Below are positions 20,217 to 29,423 of a DNA stretch of 64,000 nt, piece after piece (within the stretch, counting starts at the first letter, position 1; each line of letters opens with the position of its first letter). Below the pieces are notes generated by a model. It did no database searches. It saw nothing but the letters and a program-made list of their open reading frames with translations, and was not told where the DNA came from. The translations under genes were made by a program, and so were the position numbers. The DNA is from Clostridia bacterium (GTDB lineage: Bacteria; Bacillota; Clostridia; Oscillospirales; Acutalibacteraceae): positions 38,346 to 102,345 of the forward strand of contig JAFSDM010000042.1 of NCBI GenBank assembly GCA_017436225.1, written 5' to 3'.

Positions 20217-20729
20217 TTATTTTTTCTTTTTTCGACGCTTAGTTTCGCCGATTATATCTCCAACATAAAATTTATTCAAGTATTTTTTAACTTTTGGAGT
20301 TAATGTTAACATCAGAGTTGTCCTTACTGTTCTGCCCCTAAAGGGTCGGTCATAATATACTTCATAGCACATAAAATGTCGAAATGAACTTGAATCCCAA
20401 AATCCATATTTAATTATTGAAGCAACATAAAACCACGGCAAACGCCATTTATAACCCCAAAAATGAAGTAAATATACTTCCTGTTTTGTAAATACATAAA
20501 AAACCGCATCTACAAACAGCGCGATAATAAAAGCAACCAAAGCAATAACCAATATCCACGATATTGTATGTTCTGTTAGTAGCAGATGAATATTACCCCA
20601 TAACGCAAATCCAAACCCAAGCAACCATAAAATGTATCTCGGATTAAAAGCATAGTATTTTTTGCTATCGTTTTGATTGCTTTTTACTTTTTTATTTTTA
20701 TTACTCATAGAAATTACATCTTTCCACAT
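20217..20729 (-). CDS. hypothetical membrane protein with a Lys-rich tail
   Basis: 170 aa, two or three TM segments. Start uncertain (alternative ATG at 20711). Confidence 0.5.
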   Translation of the reverse strand: MWKDVISMSNKNKKVKSNQNDSKKYYAFNPRYILWLLGFGFALWGNIHLLLTEHTISWILVIALVAFIIALFVDAVFYVFTKQEVYLLHFWGYKWRLPWFYVASIIKYGFWDSSSFRHFMCYEVYYDRPFRGRTVRTTLMLTLTPKVKKYLNKFYVGDIIGETKRRKKKK

Positions 20730-20842
20730 TAAAGTTTTTATTATATATTATTTTTGCAAAACTATACAAATCTATTATAACACCATTTTAAAAATAAGTA
20801 AATGAAAAATAGTGATTTTGTAGTGTACGGCTTAATTTTTTG

Positions 20843-20883
20843 CAATAAAAATGACCTAAATTCGCGTTACGCGAATTTAGGTC
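20843..20883 (-). terminator. intrinsic terminator after LRR/dockerin gene 1
   Basis: Perfect 14-bp stem GACCTAAATTCGCG / CGCGAATTTAGGTC with a 3-nt loop. T-rich tail on the minus strand. Confidence 0.8.
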
Positions 20884-20907
20884 ACAAAAATCCCTTTTAA
20901 TTAGATT

Positions 20908-22095
20908 TTAATGCAACGGATAATCTTCAGGGAAGAAGGTGAACATTAAAAGATGCTCCGCATCGGCATCGTTAACGTTTCCGTCACCGTTAAAGTCACA
21001 GGTTTGTTCTACGGGGTAATCCTCGGGGAAAAAGGTGTGCATTAAAAGATACTCTGCATCGGCATCGGTTACACCTTCTACGCCGTCAACGTCACCTAAA
21101 ATATAATACCACTTAGCAGAATCAAGGGCAGAGTTATTTGAACCAACCGAAATTTTTGCTTTAGCTTCTTTGCTTCCGAGATAATATACACTTGTAAGCT
21201 TAGGACATTCTTCAAATGCATAGTCACCTATACTAGTTACGCTACTGGGTATGGTTACACTTTCAAGGCCTTCACAATAAGCAAATACAGCAAAATCTAT
21301 GCTTGTTACACCATTGGGGATGGTTATGTTTGTGAACTTATGGCAATCTACAAACGCACGAATACCAATACTTGTTACACTGCTTGGTATGGTTATATTA
21401 TTAAGGCTAACGCAATTATTAAATGCAGAAGGCCCTATACTTGTTATACCATCTGGGATGTTTACGTTTTCAAGGCTTTTGCAATTAAAAAACATATTGC
21501 CACTTATACTTGTTAGAGTATTTGGCAACTTTACGTTTTTAAGGCTTTTACAACTAGAAAACATGCCCTCGCCCATACTTGTTATACCATCTGGGATAAT
21601 TACGTTTTCAAGGTTATCGCAACTTGAAAATACACCACCCCCTATACTTGTTACGCTACTAGGGATAATTATGTTTTTAAGGCTAGTGCAATATTCAAAC
21701 GCATAATCCCCTATAATTGTTACGCTATTGCCAAGGCTCACGTTTTCAAGGCTAGTACAATACATAAATGCATACCAACCTATAATTTTTACGCTATCGC
21801 TAAGACTCACGCTTTCAAGGCTAGTACAACGATAAAATGCATAGTTGCCTATTCTAGTTACGCCATTTTCTATAACAACTTCTGTTATATTTATTCCCCA
21901 AGGTGCTTTGTTCGAATCGGTATAATCCCTCATTACACCATTACCGCTAATGGTAAGCACTGTTCCATCAAGCGACCAAGTGCATTCACCTGTTGTTCCG
22001 CTTGTTTCCGCGCTTGCTTTAAATTCAAATGCGCCAAGCGGCATGGCGGTTATAATTAAAACTGCAACTAAAAGAATAGAAAGTAATTTTTTCAT
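20908..22095 (-). CDS. secreted leucine-rich-repeat (BspA-type, ~23-aa units) protein with C-terminal dockerin
   Basis: Has a signal peptide (MKKLLSILLVAVLIITAMPLGAFEFKASA), repeated ...SVTSIGxxAFxxCxSL... units, and a duplicated dockerin segment (DVDGVEGVTDADAEYLL / DFNGDGNVNDADAEHLL). Confidence 0.8.
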   Translation of the reverse strand: MKKLLSILLVAVLIITAMPLGAFEFKASAETSGTTGECTWSLDGTVLTISGNGVMRDYTDSNKAPWGINITEVVIENGVTRIGNYAFYRCTSLESVSLSDSVKIIGWYAFMYCTSLENVSLGNSVTIIGDYAFEYCTSLKNIIIPSSVTSIGGGVFSSCDNLENVIIPDGITSMGEGMFSSCKSLKNVKLPNTLTSISGNMFFNCKSLENVNIPDGITSIGPSAFNNCVSLNNITIPSSVTSIGIRAFVDCHKFTNITIPNGVTSIDFAVFAYCEGLESVTIPSSVTSIGDYAFEECPKLTSVYYLGSKEAKAKISVGSNNSALDSAKWYYILGDVDGVEGVTDADAEYLLMHTFFPEDYPVEQTCDFNGDGNVNDADAEHLLMFTFFPEDYPLH

Positions 22096-22249
22096 TAAAT
22101 CTCCTCCACTTAAAAAAGGTTGCCCTTAGTTTAATATTCAATTGGTTTGGCAATATTAGTATACCACTTTGTTTATCAAATTGTAATAGAAATTACCTGA
22201 ACTCGCAATGCGCGAATTAAGGTCGGTAATTTATTATATGGACTTATAT

Positions 22250-22645
22250 TTATTTTGCGGTGAAAAATTCTACCTCTTCGCCTGCGGCGCCGATGCAAAA
22301 GCCAACTCGGATAGGGTAAACGGGGTCGGATGGAATATCAACATCCTTTGGCTCTACGGTGATTTCATAGCCTGCGGCACGCACCGCTTCAATACAGTCA
22401 TCAACGCTTTCTACGCTGAATGCTATATGGCGAAGGGGTCCGAGCTGTGGTTCACATTCGGCATTTGAAAAAAGCTCTAAAATTCCGTTGCCTGTATCTA
22501 ACATTGCGCAGAGTGCGCCGCCCTTTTCCCAGCGTCTTATAATAGGAAGCCCTAAAATTTCGTTATAAAAACGTATAGTTTCATTAAATTTATCTACACC
22601 GTTTGCCTTGATGGCAACATGATGAATTCCATTTATTTTTACCAT
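22250..22645 (-). CDS. VOC-family protein (glyoxalase/bleomycin-resistance fold)
   Basis: 131 aa. INGIHHVAIKA and LRHIAFSV motifs are typical of glyoxalase I-like proteins. Confidence 0.8.
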   Translation of the reverse strand: MVKINGIHHVAIKANGVDKFNETIRFYNEILGLPIIRRWEKGGALCAMLDTGNGILELFSNAECEPQLGPLRHIAFSVESVDDCIEAVRAAGYEITVEPKDVDIPSDPVYPIRVGFCIGAAGEEVEFFTAK

Positions 22646-22730
22646 AAAAATTGCTCCTTTTTCAGTTTGATTACAAAATTATAGTACCATACCAATAGGT
22701 ATATGTCAACGAAAATAAGCCTAAACAAAC

Positions 22731-22767
22731 AAGAAAACCGCCCTTAAGGGAGTTTCCTTAAAGGCGG
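22731..22767 (-). terminator. intrinsic terminator after ispH-rpsA
   Basis: Minus-strand stem CCGCCTTTAAGG / CCTTAAGGGCGG followed by TTTTCTT. Confidence 0.75.
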
Positions 22768-22781
22768 ATTTTTAAGCTTAA

Positions 22782-24815
22782 TTATTCAGCAGCCTCTTCT
22801 GCGGGAGCTTCTACTGCTTCTTCTGTTGCGGGAGCAGCTTCTTCAGCTACCTCTTCCTTAGCGGGCTCTAAGAGAGCGCGGATAGAAAGGCTTACGCGTT
22901 TTTTCTCTTCATCAACGCCGATGATCTTAACATCAACTTCTTGACCGATTTTAAGCTCATCTTGTGGCTTTTCAATTCTGCGGTCTGCAATTTGAGAAAT
23001 GTGGATAAGACCATCAACACCGGGAATGATGCGAGCGAATGCGCCGTATGCAGTCATGCTAACGATGGTTGCTTTAACAACTTCTTTGTCTGCATAATCA
23101 CGGGTAAAGATCAACCAAGGATTTTCATCAGGCTTTTTGTGACCTAAAGAAATTTTCTTTTTCTCAGTATCAATATCCTTAACGTATACTTCTAAAGTAT
23201 CGCCAACGGATACAACCTCGGCAGGATTTTTAATTCTCTGCCAAGAAAGCTCAGAGATGTGAACCATACCGTCAACACCGCCAAGATCTACGAATGCGCC
23301 GTAGCCTGTGAGTGACTTAACAACACCCTTGAATACATCGCCAACTGCAATGTTTTCCCAGAATTTTGCTTCGATTTCTTTTCTCTGCTCTTGGAGAATT
23401 GCGCGAACAGAACCGATTACGCGGCGGCGACGACCGATTTCTAAAACCTTGAAAGAAACGGTTGTGCCCTTTAAGGGTTCTAAATCTGCGCCACGGGTAA
23501 GGGTTGCCTGAGAAGCGGGGATAAACACCTTAAAGCCTAAAGCGTTTACGATCATACCGCCCTTAATAATTTCGGTAACTTTACCTTCTAAGACAGTGCC
23601 GTTTTCACAAGCCTCAACGATTTTATCCCAATTGGCAATGTTATCATAACGGCGTTTGGAAAGCATAATGGTGCCTTCCTGATCATTAGTTTTCATAACG
23701 ATAAGGTCAAGCTCATCGCCTACCTTAACAACTTCGTTAAGCTTAACAGAAGTATCGTAAGAGAACTCTTCTGCCTTAACGTAGCCTGTTTGCTTACGGC
23801 CGATATCTACCTGAATTTCAGTAGGTCCTACCGCAAGAACAACACCATGCACTTTCTGATCTGTATTTAAACTGCTGAGCGAAAGTTCAAGTGCCTCCTC
23901 AAAGGACATATCGTCCGAAATTTCTGCACCGATATTAAGCTCATCAGTGGTTTTGATTGTTTCTGTCATAACTGAAATGACCTCCTTTATAATACCCGCA
24001 GGTGTTGATGCACCTGCTACAACTCCTATACTTTCTGCTCCGATAAGCTGTTCCCTTTTAACCTCATCCGCCGTTTCTATGAGATATGTAGCGTTACAAT
24101 TTTCACTGCATATTGAAAACAGCTTATTTGTGTTGGAGCTGTGACGCCCACCTACCACAAACATTACATCGGATATTTTAGAAAGTTCAGACGCTTCGGT
24201 CTGCCTTTTAGAAGTAGCATTACATATTGTATCAAAAATTATTGCATTTGTACATACCTTTTTTAAAATTTTTTCAGATTTTTCCCAAATTTCTTTATGA
24301 AAAGTAGTTTGAGAGACCACAGAAATGCTTTTTTGACAAAATTCGGGGTGATTTTTTAGAATTTTTTCCAGTTCAGCCTCATCACCAAAGACGTATGACT
24401 CGCCCTTTACGTGACCGCGTATACCTTCAACCTCTTTATGCTTTTCGTCCCCCGCTATGAGAATTATATCACCCATAAGGGAACGCTCATTTACTATTTT
24501 ATGAATTTTTGAAACGAAGGGGCAGGTTGCGTTTTCTACACGCTTTGCAAATTTTTCACAGTCTTCTTCCACCGCGGCGGTAACACCGTGGGAGCGAATT
24601 ACCAAGACTTCATCACTAGCCGCTTCGTTTGGGGAGTTTATTATTCTAACACCCTTTTTCTCCAACTCCGCCACTAGCTGAGCATTGTGAATAATAGGAC
24701 CTAAGGTACAAACCTTTTCGCCCAATTCTGCAAGTTTTTCTACAATATCTACCGCGCGGTTTACCCCAAAGCAAAATCCCGCGGTTTTAGCTAACGTTAT
24801 TTTCAATAGTAACAA
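22782..24815 (-). CDS. ispH: bifunctional 4-hydroxy-3-methylbut-2-enyl diphosphate reductase / ribosomal protein S1-domain protein
   Basis: 677 aa. The N-terminal ~280 aa are LytB/IspH-like (AKTAGFCFGVNRAV). The C-terminal part has four S1 repeats (GYGAFVDLGGVDGMVHISE...). Confidence 0.9.
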   Translation of the reverse strand: MLLLKITLAKTAGFCFGVNRAVDIVEKLAELGEKVCTLGPIIHNAQLVAELEKKGVRIINSPNEAASDEVLVIRSHGVTAAVEEDCEKFAKRVENATCPFVSKIHKIVNERSLMGDIILIAGDEKHKEVEGIRGHVKGESYVFGDEAELEKILKNHPEFCQKSISVVSQTTFHKEIWEKSEKILKKVCTNAIIFDTICNATSKRQTEASELSKISDVMFVVGGRHSSNTNKLFSICSENCNATYLIETADEVKREQLIGAESIGVVAGASTPAGIIKEVISVMTETIKTTDELNIGAEISDDMSFEEALELSLSSLNTDQKVHGVVLAVGPTEIQVDIGRKQTGYVKAEEFSYDTSVKLNEVVKVGDELDLIVMKTNDQEGTIMLSKRRYDNIANWDKIVEACENGTVLEGKVTEIIKGGMIVNALGFKVFIPASQATLTRGADLEPLKGTTVSFKVLEIGRRRRVIGSVRAILQEQRKEIEAKFWENIAVGDVFKGVVKSLTGYGAFVDLGGVDGMVHISELSWQRIKNPAEVVSVGDTLEVYVKDIDTEKKKISLGHKKPDENPWLIFTRDYADKEVVKATIVSMTAYGAFARIIPGVDGLIHISQIADRRIEKPQDELKIGQEVDVKIIGVDEEKKRVSLSIRALLEPAKEEVAEEAAPATEEAVEAPAEEAAE

Positions 24816-24830
24816 TCCTTAAAAATAAAA

Positions 24831-25421
24831 TTACATTTCGTGGAGGGCTTTTATGCTATCCATAATCTCGCCCGAAATTCTGCGAATTGAAGCGCGTTGA
24901 CTTTCATCCTCGGCGGGTTCTTTATAGGGAATTAACTTACCTACCCTTACGGTAACCTTGCAAAAAAGCTTAAATCTGCCTGTTGAATATTTAAGGGAGA
25001 TGGGCAAAACGTCTGCCTTGGTTTGCATTGCAATAAGTGCAACGCCCGCCTTTGCTTTGCCAAGCTCACCCGTTTTAGAGCGAGTACCTTCGGGAAAAAT
25101 TCCCAAAACCCTACCACTGTTTACAATTTCACAGGCTTTATCTATAGCTTCGGTATCGCCCTTACCGCGCCTTACAGCGAAACAACCAAGAGCCTTAAAA
25201 AGCCATTTTACAACGGGAATTTTAAAAAGTTCTTCCTTTCCCATATAACAAATTTGACTTTTTACCGGCACCGCAATTGCAAACATATCTGCAATGGATA
25301 CGTGGTTTGCTGCTAATATGTAGCCCTTACCCTTTGGCACGTTTTCTGCGCCGTAATGCTCTACTCGCATAAAAATGTGAATAAATGGGTAAACAATCCA
25401 TCTCATTATTCTGTAAAACAT
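24831..25421 (-). CDS. plsC: 1-acyl-sn-glycerol-3-phosphate acyltransferase
   Basis: 196 aa. Has the NHVSIADM (HX4D) and FPEGTRS motifs. Confidence 0.85.
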   Translation of the reverse strand: MFYRIMRWIVYPFIHIFMRVEHYGAENVPKGKGYILAANHVSIADMFAIAVPVKSQICYMGKEELFKIPVVKWLFKALGCFAVRRGKGDTEAIDKACEIVNSGRVLGIFPEGTRSKTGELGKAKAGVALIAMQTKADVLPISLKYSTGRFKLFCKVTVRVGKLIPYKEPAEDESQRASIRRISGEIMDSIKALHEM

Positions 25422-25422
25422 A

Positions 25423-26091
25423 TTATTCCTCCGCTAGGGTATTTACAGTTTTTAAAAGGAGCTCAAAAGACTCTTCTAAATCAAGCTCGGTGGTATCTAC
25501 CAAGGCGGCGTCATCTGCCTGCTTTAAGGGTGCTATGGCTCTGTGAGAATCGTTATAATCCCTTTGCTCAATATCCTTTAAAACTTCATCAAAATCTACC
25601 TTCATACCCTTTTCGGTAAGCTCTTTATAGCGGCGCTCGGCACGTGCCACAGCAGATGCGGTTAAAAAGATTTTTACCTTGGCATCGGGCAGAACTACTG
25701 TACCAATATCTCTACCATCCATAACTACTGAATTTCTTTTTGCTAAATTTCTTTGCATATCTAATAAAAATGCGCGAACAACAGGAAGCGCAGAGCAATC
25801 TGACGCCATCATAGAAACTTCAGGAGTGCGAATAAGTCCATTTACGTTTTCATTATCAAGCATTACAACCTGTTCGCCATCGATAAAGCGAATATCAAGC
25901 TCGGTGTTTGCTAAAAGATTTTCTACTGCTGACAAATCATCGCAGCCTACGCCGTTTCTTATCATCTTAAGACCGATTGCGCGGTACAAAGCACCTGTAT
26001 CAACATAGATAAAGCCTTTGTGCTTTGCCAGTCTTCTAGCTAAGGTGGATTTACCTGCACCTGCAGGGCCGTCTATTGCTACTGCTATCAT
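25423..26091 (-). CDS. cmk: (d)CMP kinase
   Basis: 222 aa. AIDGPAGAGKST P-loop and YVDTGALYR motif. Confidence 0.95.
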   Translation of the reverse strand: MIAVAIDGPAGAGKSTLARRLAKHKGFIYVDTGALYRAIGLKMIRNGVGCDDLSAVENLLANTELDIRFIDGEQVVMLDNENVNGLIRTPEVSMMASDCSALPVVRAFLLDMQRNLAKRNSVVMDGRDIGTVVLPDAKVKIFLTASAVARAERRYKELTEKGMKVDFDEVLKDIEQRDYNDSHRAIAPLKQADDAALVDTTELDLEESFELLLKTVNTLAEE

Positions 26092-26130
26092 ATTTTTTAC
26101 TCCCTTATTTTAGAAAATAGTTAATATGTG

Positions 26131-27351
26131 CTACATATTTTCACCAGCCAAATAGCCTGTTGAAAAGGCTATTTGAAGGTTAAAGCCGCCTGTGAATGCA
26201 TCAATATCTATTATCTCACCCGCGAAGAATAATCCTCTTACAAGCTTAGACTGCATTGTTTTTGGGTCGATTTCCTTTACCGAAACGCCGCCTCTTGTAA
26301 CAACCGCTTCATTAAATGAGCGAAGTGCCGTAACGGTAAGGGGCAAAGCTTTTAAGGTTTTTACTAATTTTTGGCGTTGTTCCTTGGTTAAGGAATTCAC
26401 CCTTGTTTTTGGTGGAATTTCTGCCGATAAAATAATCGGCAAAATTAATTTTTTCGGTAAAAGGGCATCCAAAGAATTTGCAAGCTCTTTGTTTTTTTGC
26501 TCTTCAAAATCTCTGAGCAGACGTTTATCTAACTGCTCCTCGCTAAGTGCGGGTTTTAAATCTATAAAGGCTTTGCAGTTATCTGAAAGGGTGTCAATAC
26601 TTGCGGAAGCGCTAAGCACCAATGGACCCGAAATTCCAAAATGGGTAAAAAGCATTTCGCCCTGTTCTTTAAAGCAGACCTTGCCGCCGTTTTCTATGCT
26701 AAGCGAAACGTTTTTAAGGCTAAGACCCGAAAGCTGTTCGGGGTAGCCTTCATAAACCTCCATAGGCACGAGCGAGGGGCGAAGCTCGGTTACGGTGTGA
26801 CCGAGTTTTTTTGCAAATATGTAGCCATCCCCCGTAGAGCCTGTTGTGGGGTAGGATTTTCCGCCTGTGGAAATTAGCAGACTTTCACATTCAAAAACTG
26901 TTCCGTCGGTGCATTTTACCCCCGAAACGGCACCGTCTTTAGTTAAAATATCGGCTACTTCTTTATTAAGTATTTTAACGCCCGATTTTTTAGCGGTATT
27001 TACAAGCGCATCTACAATATCCACCGCTTTATCAGAAACGGGGAAAACCCTGTTTCCACGTTCTGTTTTAAGGGGCACTCCCGCTCTTTCAAAAAAGGAG
27101 ATAGTATCCTCCGAGCCAAAGCGTGAAAAGGCAGAATACAAAAATCTTGCATTTCGGCAGGTGTTATTTATAAGACCGTTTAAATCGGTGTTATTTGTTA
27201 CGTTGCATCTGCCCTTGCCTGTTATCATAATTTTTCTGGCGGGGCGGGGCATTTTTTCAAGCACAAGCACCTTTTTGCCGTACATAGCGGCGGTTGCGGC
27301 TGCCATTAAGCCTGCCGCGCCTGCGCCTATGACTATAATGGGATATTCCAT
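26131..27351 (-). CDS. HI0933/BaiN-like NAD(P)/FAD-dependent oxidoreductase
   Basis: GAGAAGLMAA dinucleotide fold, GKGRCNVTN motif and C-terminal GEIIDIDAFTGGFNLQ. Start set at MEYPIIVIG. Confidence 0.85.
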   Translation of the reverse strand: MEYPIIVIGAGAAGLMAAATAAMYGKKVLVLEKMPRPARKIMITGKGRCNVTNNTDLNGLINNTCRNARFLYSAFSRFGSEDTISFFERAGVPLKTERGNRVFPVSDKAVDIVDALVNTAKKSGVKILNKEVADILTKDGAVSGVKCTDGTVFECESLLISTGGKSYPTTGSTGDGYIFAKKLGHTVTELRPSLVPMEVYEGYPEQLSGLSLKNVSLSIENGGKVCFKEQGEMLFTHFGISGPLVLSASASIDTLSDNCKAFIDLKPALSEEQLDKRLLRDFEEQKNKELANSLDALLPKKLILPIILSAEIPPKTRVNSLTKEQRQKLVKTLKALPLTVTALRSFNEAVVTRGGVSVKEIDPKTMQSKLVRGLFFAGEIIDIDAFTGGFNLQIAFSTGYLAGENM

Positions 27352-27359
27352 ACTTTTTC

Positions 27360-27884
27360 TCACTTTAACATTTTTTTAACGCTTGGATGTATTCTGATTA
27401 TATAAAACAGAGCCATTTTGCCAATGCACATATCATAAAGGAAGAAGGTTATGTTTGCGGCGGCTAATAAAATAACACTACCGTATTTTCCAAGCTCACC
27501 CATATCATCAATGGGAATTCCGAAAACAAAGGTGCTTAAAAGGTAGATTGCAAATACAGCCGCATTTACCAGAATAAACTTTAAAATATACTCTAAAGCT
27601 CTGATTTTTACCTTTTCAAAAACCGCCTTTAATATGGGATAAAATCCAACAAGGCAGATGTAAAGCAGCTTTGCCTCTGTTTCACAAAAAAGAAAAACGG
27701 GCAAAAGGGAAGCAAGATATGTTGCAAAGGCGTATTTATTACCAAGCTCAATAACCACCGCCATAATAACAAGCGAAGCTATGCAGGGAATTGCATAGGT
27801 AAGATATGGAAAATAAGCCGTTATCATAATTACTGTGGCGGCGGCGGCAGAAATGCCGCAAAACGTAATATTTTTTGTTTTCAT
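27360..27884 (-). CDS. hypothetical polytopic membrane protein
   Basis: Start set at MKTKNITF (ATG at 27884), 1 nt after the J-protein stop. About 5 TM segments. Confidence 0.55.
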   Translation of the reverse strand: MKTKNITFCGISAAAATVIMITAYFPYLTYAIPCIASLVIMAVVIELGNKYAFATYLASLLPVFLFCETEAKLLYICLVGFYPILKAVFEKVKIRALEYILKFILVNAAVFAIYLLSTFVFGIPIDDMGELGKYGSVILLAAANITFFLYDMCIGKMALFYIIRIHPSVKKMLK

Positions 27885-27885
27885 A

Positions 27886-28506
27886 TCAGCAACAACGAAT
27901 AAGGTCGCCGCCCATACATTCGCAACAGCAATCGGCACAAATCAGGGTTTGACAAACGTCACAGCCCGAACATTCTCCGCCCATATTAGAACCGGAGCGG
28001 TAGGGGTTAGAATGAGGATTTGCATAGGGATTGCGACTGCGCTGAAGTCTTGCAAATGCCTCACGGTATTCAGGATTTGAGGGGTCCATTCTGGTTGCGG
28101 TGGCGTAGCTTGTATAAGCTCTGTCAATATGACCGCGACGGTAAGAAACGGTACCGTTTAAAAAGTACCACTCAGCATCACGATTTTCCATTGGAATACC
28201 ATCCAAAAGCTCCTGAGCCTCTTCAATTCTGCCCGAAGTGATATATGAGCGAATATCGGCAAACTTACTGCTTGAATTATTGTAATTGCCGCTATAATTT
28301 TTATCGCCATGACGTCTGCGGCGGCTATTCATAATGCTATCGTACGCTTCGTTTATCTCCTGCATTTTTTCCTTTGCAAGGTCGGACAAGGGATTATCGG
28401 CATATCTATCGGGGTGATACTTTCTTGCAAGCTCACGATAAGCCTCTTTTACCTGTTCATCAGTAGCGTTTTTCTCAATGCCAAGCACTGCATATGGATC
28501 TCTCAT
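27886..28506 (-). CDS. J-domain protein with a cysteine-rich C-terminal tail
   Basis: DPYAVLGI...KYHPDRY is a J domain with the HPD motif. The last ~30 aa, CSGCDVCQTLICADCCCECMGGDLIRCC, contain 11 Cys. Confidence 0.8.
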   Translation of the reverse strand: MRDPYAVLGIEKNATDEQVKEAYRELARKYHPDRYADNPLSDLAKEKMQEINEAYDSIMNSRRRRHGDKNYSGNYNNSSSKFADIRSYITSGRIEEAQELLDGIPMENRDAEWYFLNGTVSYRRGHIDRAYTSYATATRMDPSNPEYREAFARLQRSRNPYANPHSNPYRSGSNMGGECSGCDVCQTLICADCCCECMGGDLIRCC

Positions 28507-29357
28507 TTTACCTTCTCCTTAAAAATTACGGCGTTTTGACTTTCTTCCAAACCAACGTAAATTATATTTCCTAAAATGTTTTTAAATCTCTCTATATTTA
28601 AAAGTTCAAAGGCATTCTCCGCCTCGCCAATGCACATATTAAGCGATGGCAATACTCTTTGCTTTAAAAATTCGTTTATGTTATTTTCTTTAAGCTCTGA
28701 CTTAAAGGGATTGTAGCGGTTTTTCTTTATATCTTTTTCTAAATCTGCCGTAGCATCTAAAATATAAATCCATCTACCAATAACATACCCAAGCCGCTCT
28801 AAAGCCCTTGTTTCGCCATCAGGCGAGCAGAGAGCAAAAAGCGATGACAGCATTTTTGCGGTTGGCTCGGCGGCAATATCAATATCGGTTTCGTTTCTGC
28901 TTTCTAAATCATTTTGCGCCTTTAAATAATCCTTAAAAATCATATCAAGTTCAGGATATTTTGCGGCGGCTTTTTTATAGCCTGATTTAGAAAAAAGCCT
29001 TAAAGCCCTATAGCCTATTCCCTTTAAAAAGCCTTCGTCTGCAATATTATCGTTAAGCTTTGAATAAAGCATTATCTCAGCGGCGGCGGTTGGCATTTCA
29101 GGGAGCTCGCCCACACACAAGAAATTGCATTTTTTAAGGGGATTACAAACGCACCTTTTACGCTCGGTAGGGGCACAGCCACCCCTAAGCGACATATGAA
29201 GAAGCGACAGAAAGGTAAAATCATAGCTCAGCGAAAACCTTGAAACCAAGCCGTACTTTTTACCTAAATCACGACAAAGCGAGCAATAAACCGCTTTGTA
29301 AAATTCAAATTCTTTAATTCTAAGCTCGGGCTTGTACGCCTTTACATAGCCAAACAC
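28503..29357 (-). CDS. DUF5685-like protein
   Basis: 284 aa. The N-terminus MFGYVKAYKPELRIKEFEFYKAVYCSLCRDLGKKYG matches my recollection of the DUF5685 family. Its stop overlaps the J-protein start (ATGA). Confidence 0.6.
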   Translation of the reverse strand: MFGYVKAYKPELRIKEFEFYKAVYCSLCRDLGKKYGLVSRFSLSYDFTFLSLLHMSLRGGCAPTERKRCVCNPLKKCNFLCVGELPEMPTAAAEIMLYSKLNDNIADEGFLKGIGYRALRLFSKSGYKKAAAKYPELDMIFKDYLKAQNDLESRNETDIDIAAEPTAKMLSSLFALCSPDGETRALERLGYVIGRWIYILDATADLEKDIKKNRYNPFKSELKENNINEFLKQRVLPSLNMCIGEAENAFELLNIERFKNILGNIIYVGLEESQNAVIFKEKVK

Positions 29358-29423
29358 GGCTTATCACCCCCTTTTAATAATTTTAGTTTACAATAGTAGG
29401 GCCGCCAATAGTTTAATAATGTG

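Noticed and set aside
22782-24815. The IspH-S1 fusion might be a frameshift-repaired misassembly or a novel fusion.
   Set aside because: The reading frame is continuous, and this LytB/S1 fusion architecture is well known in Clostridia. It is not novel.
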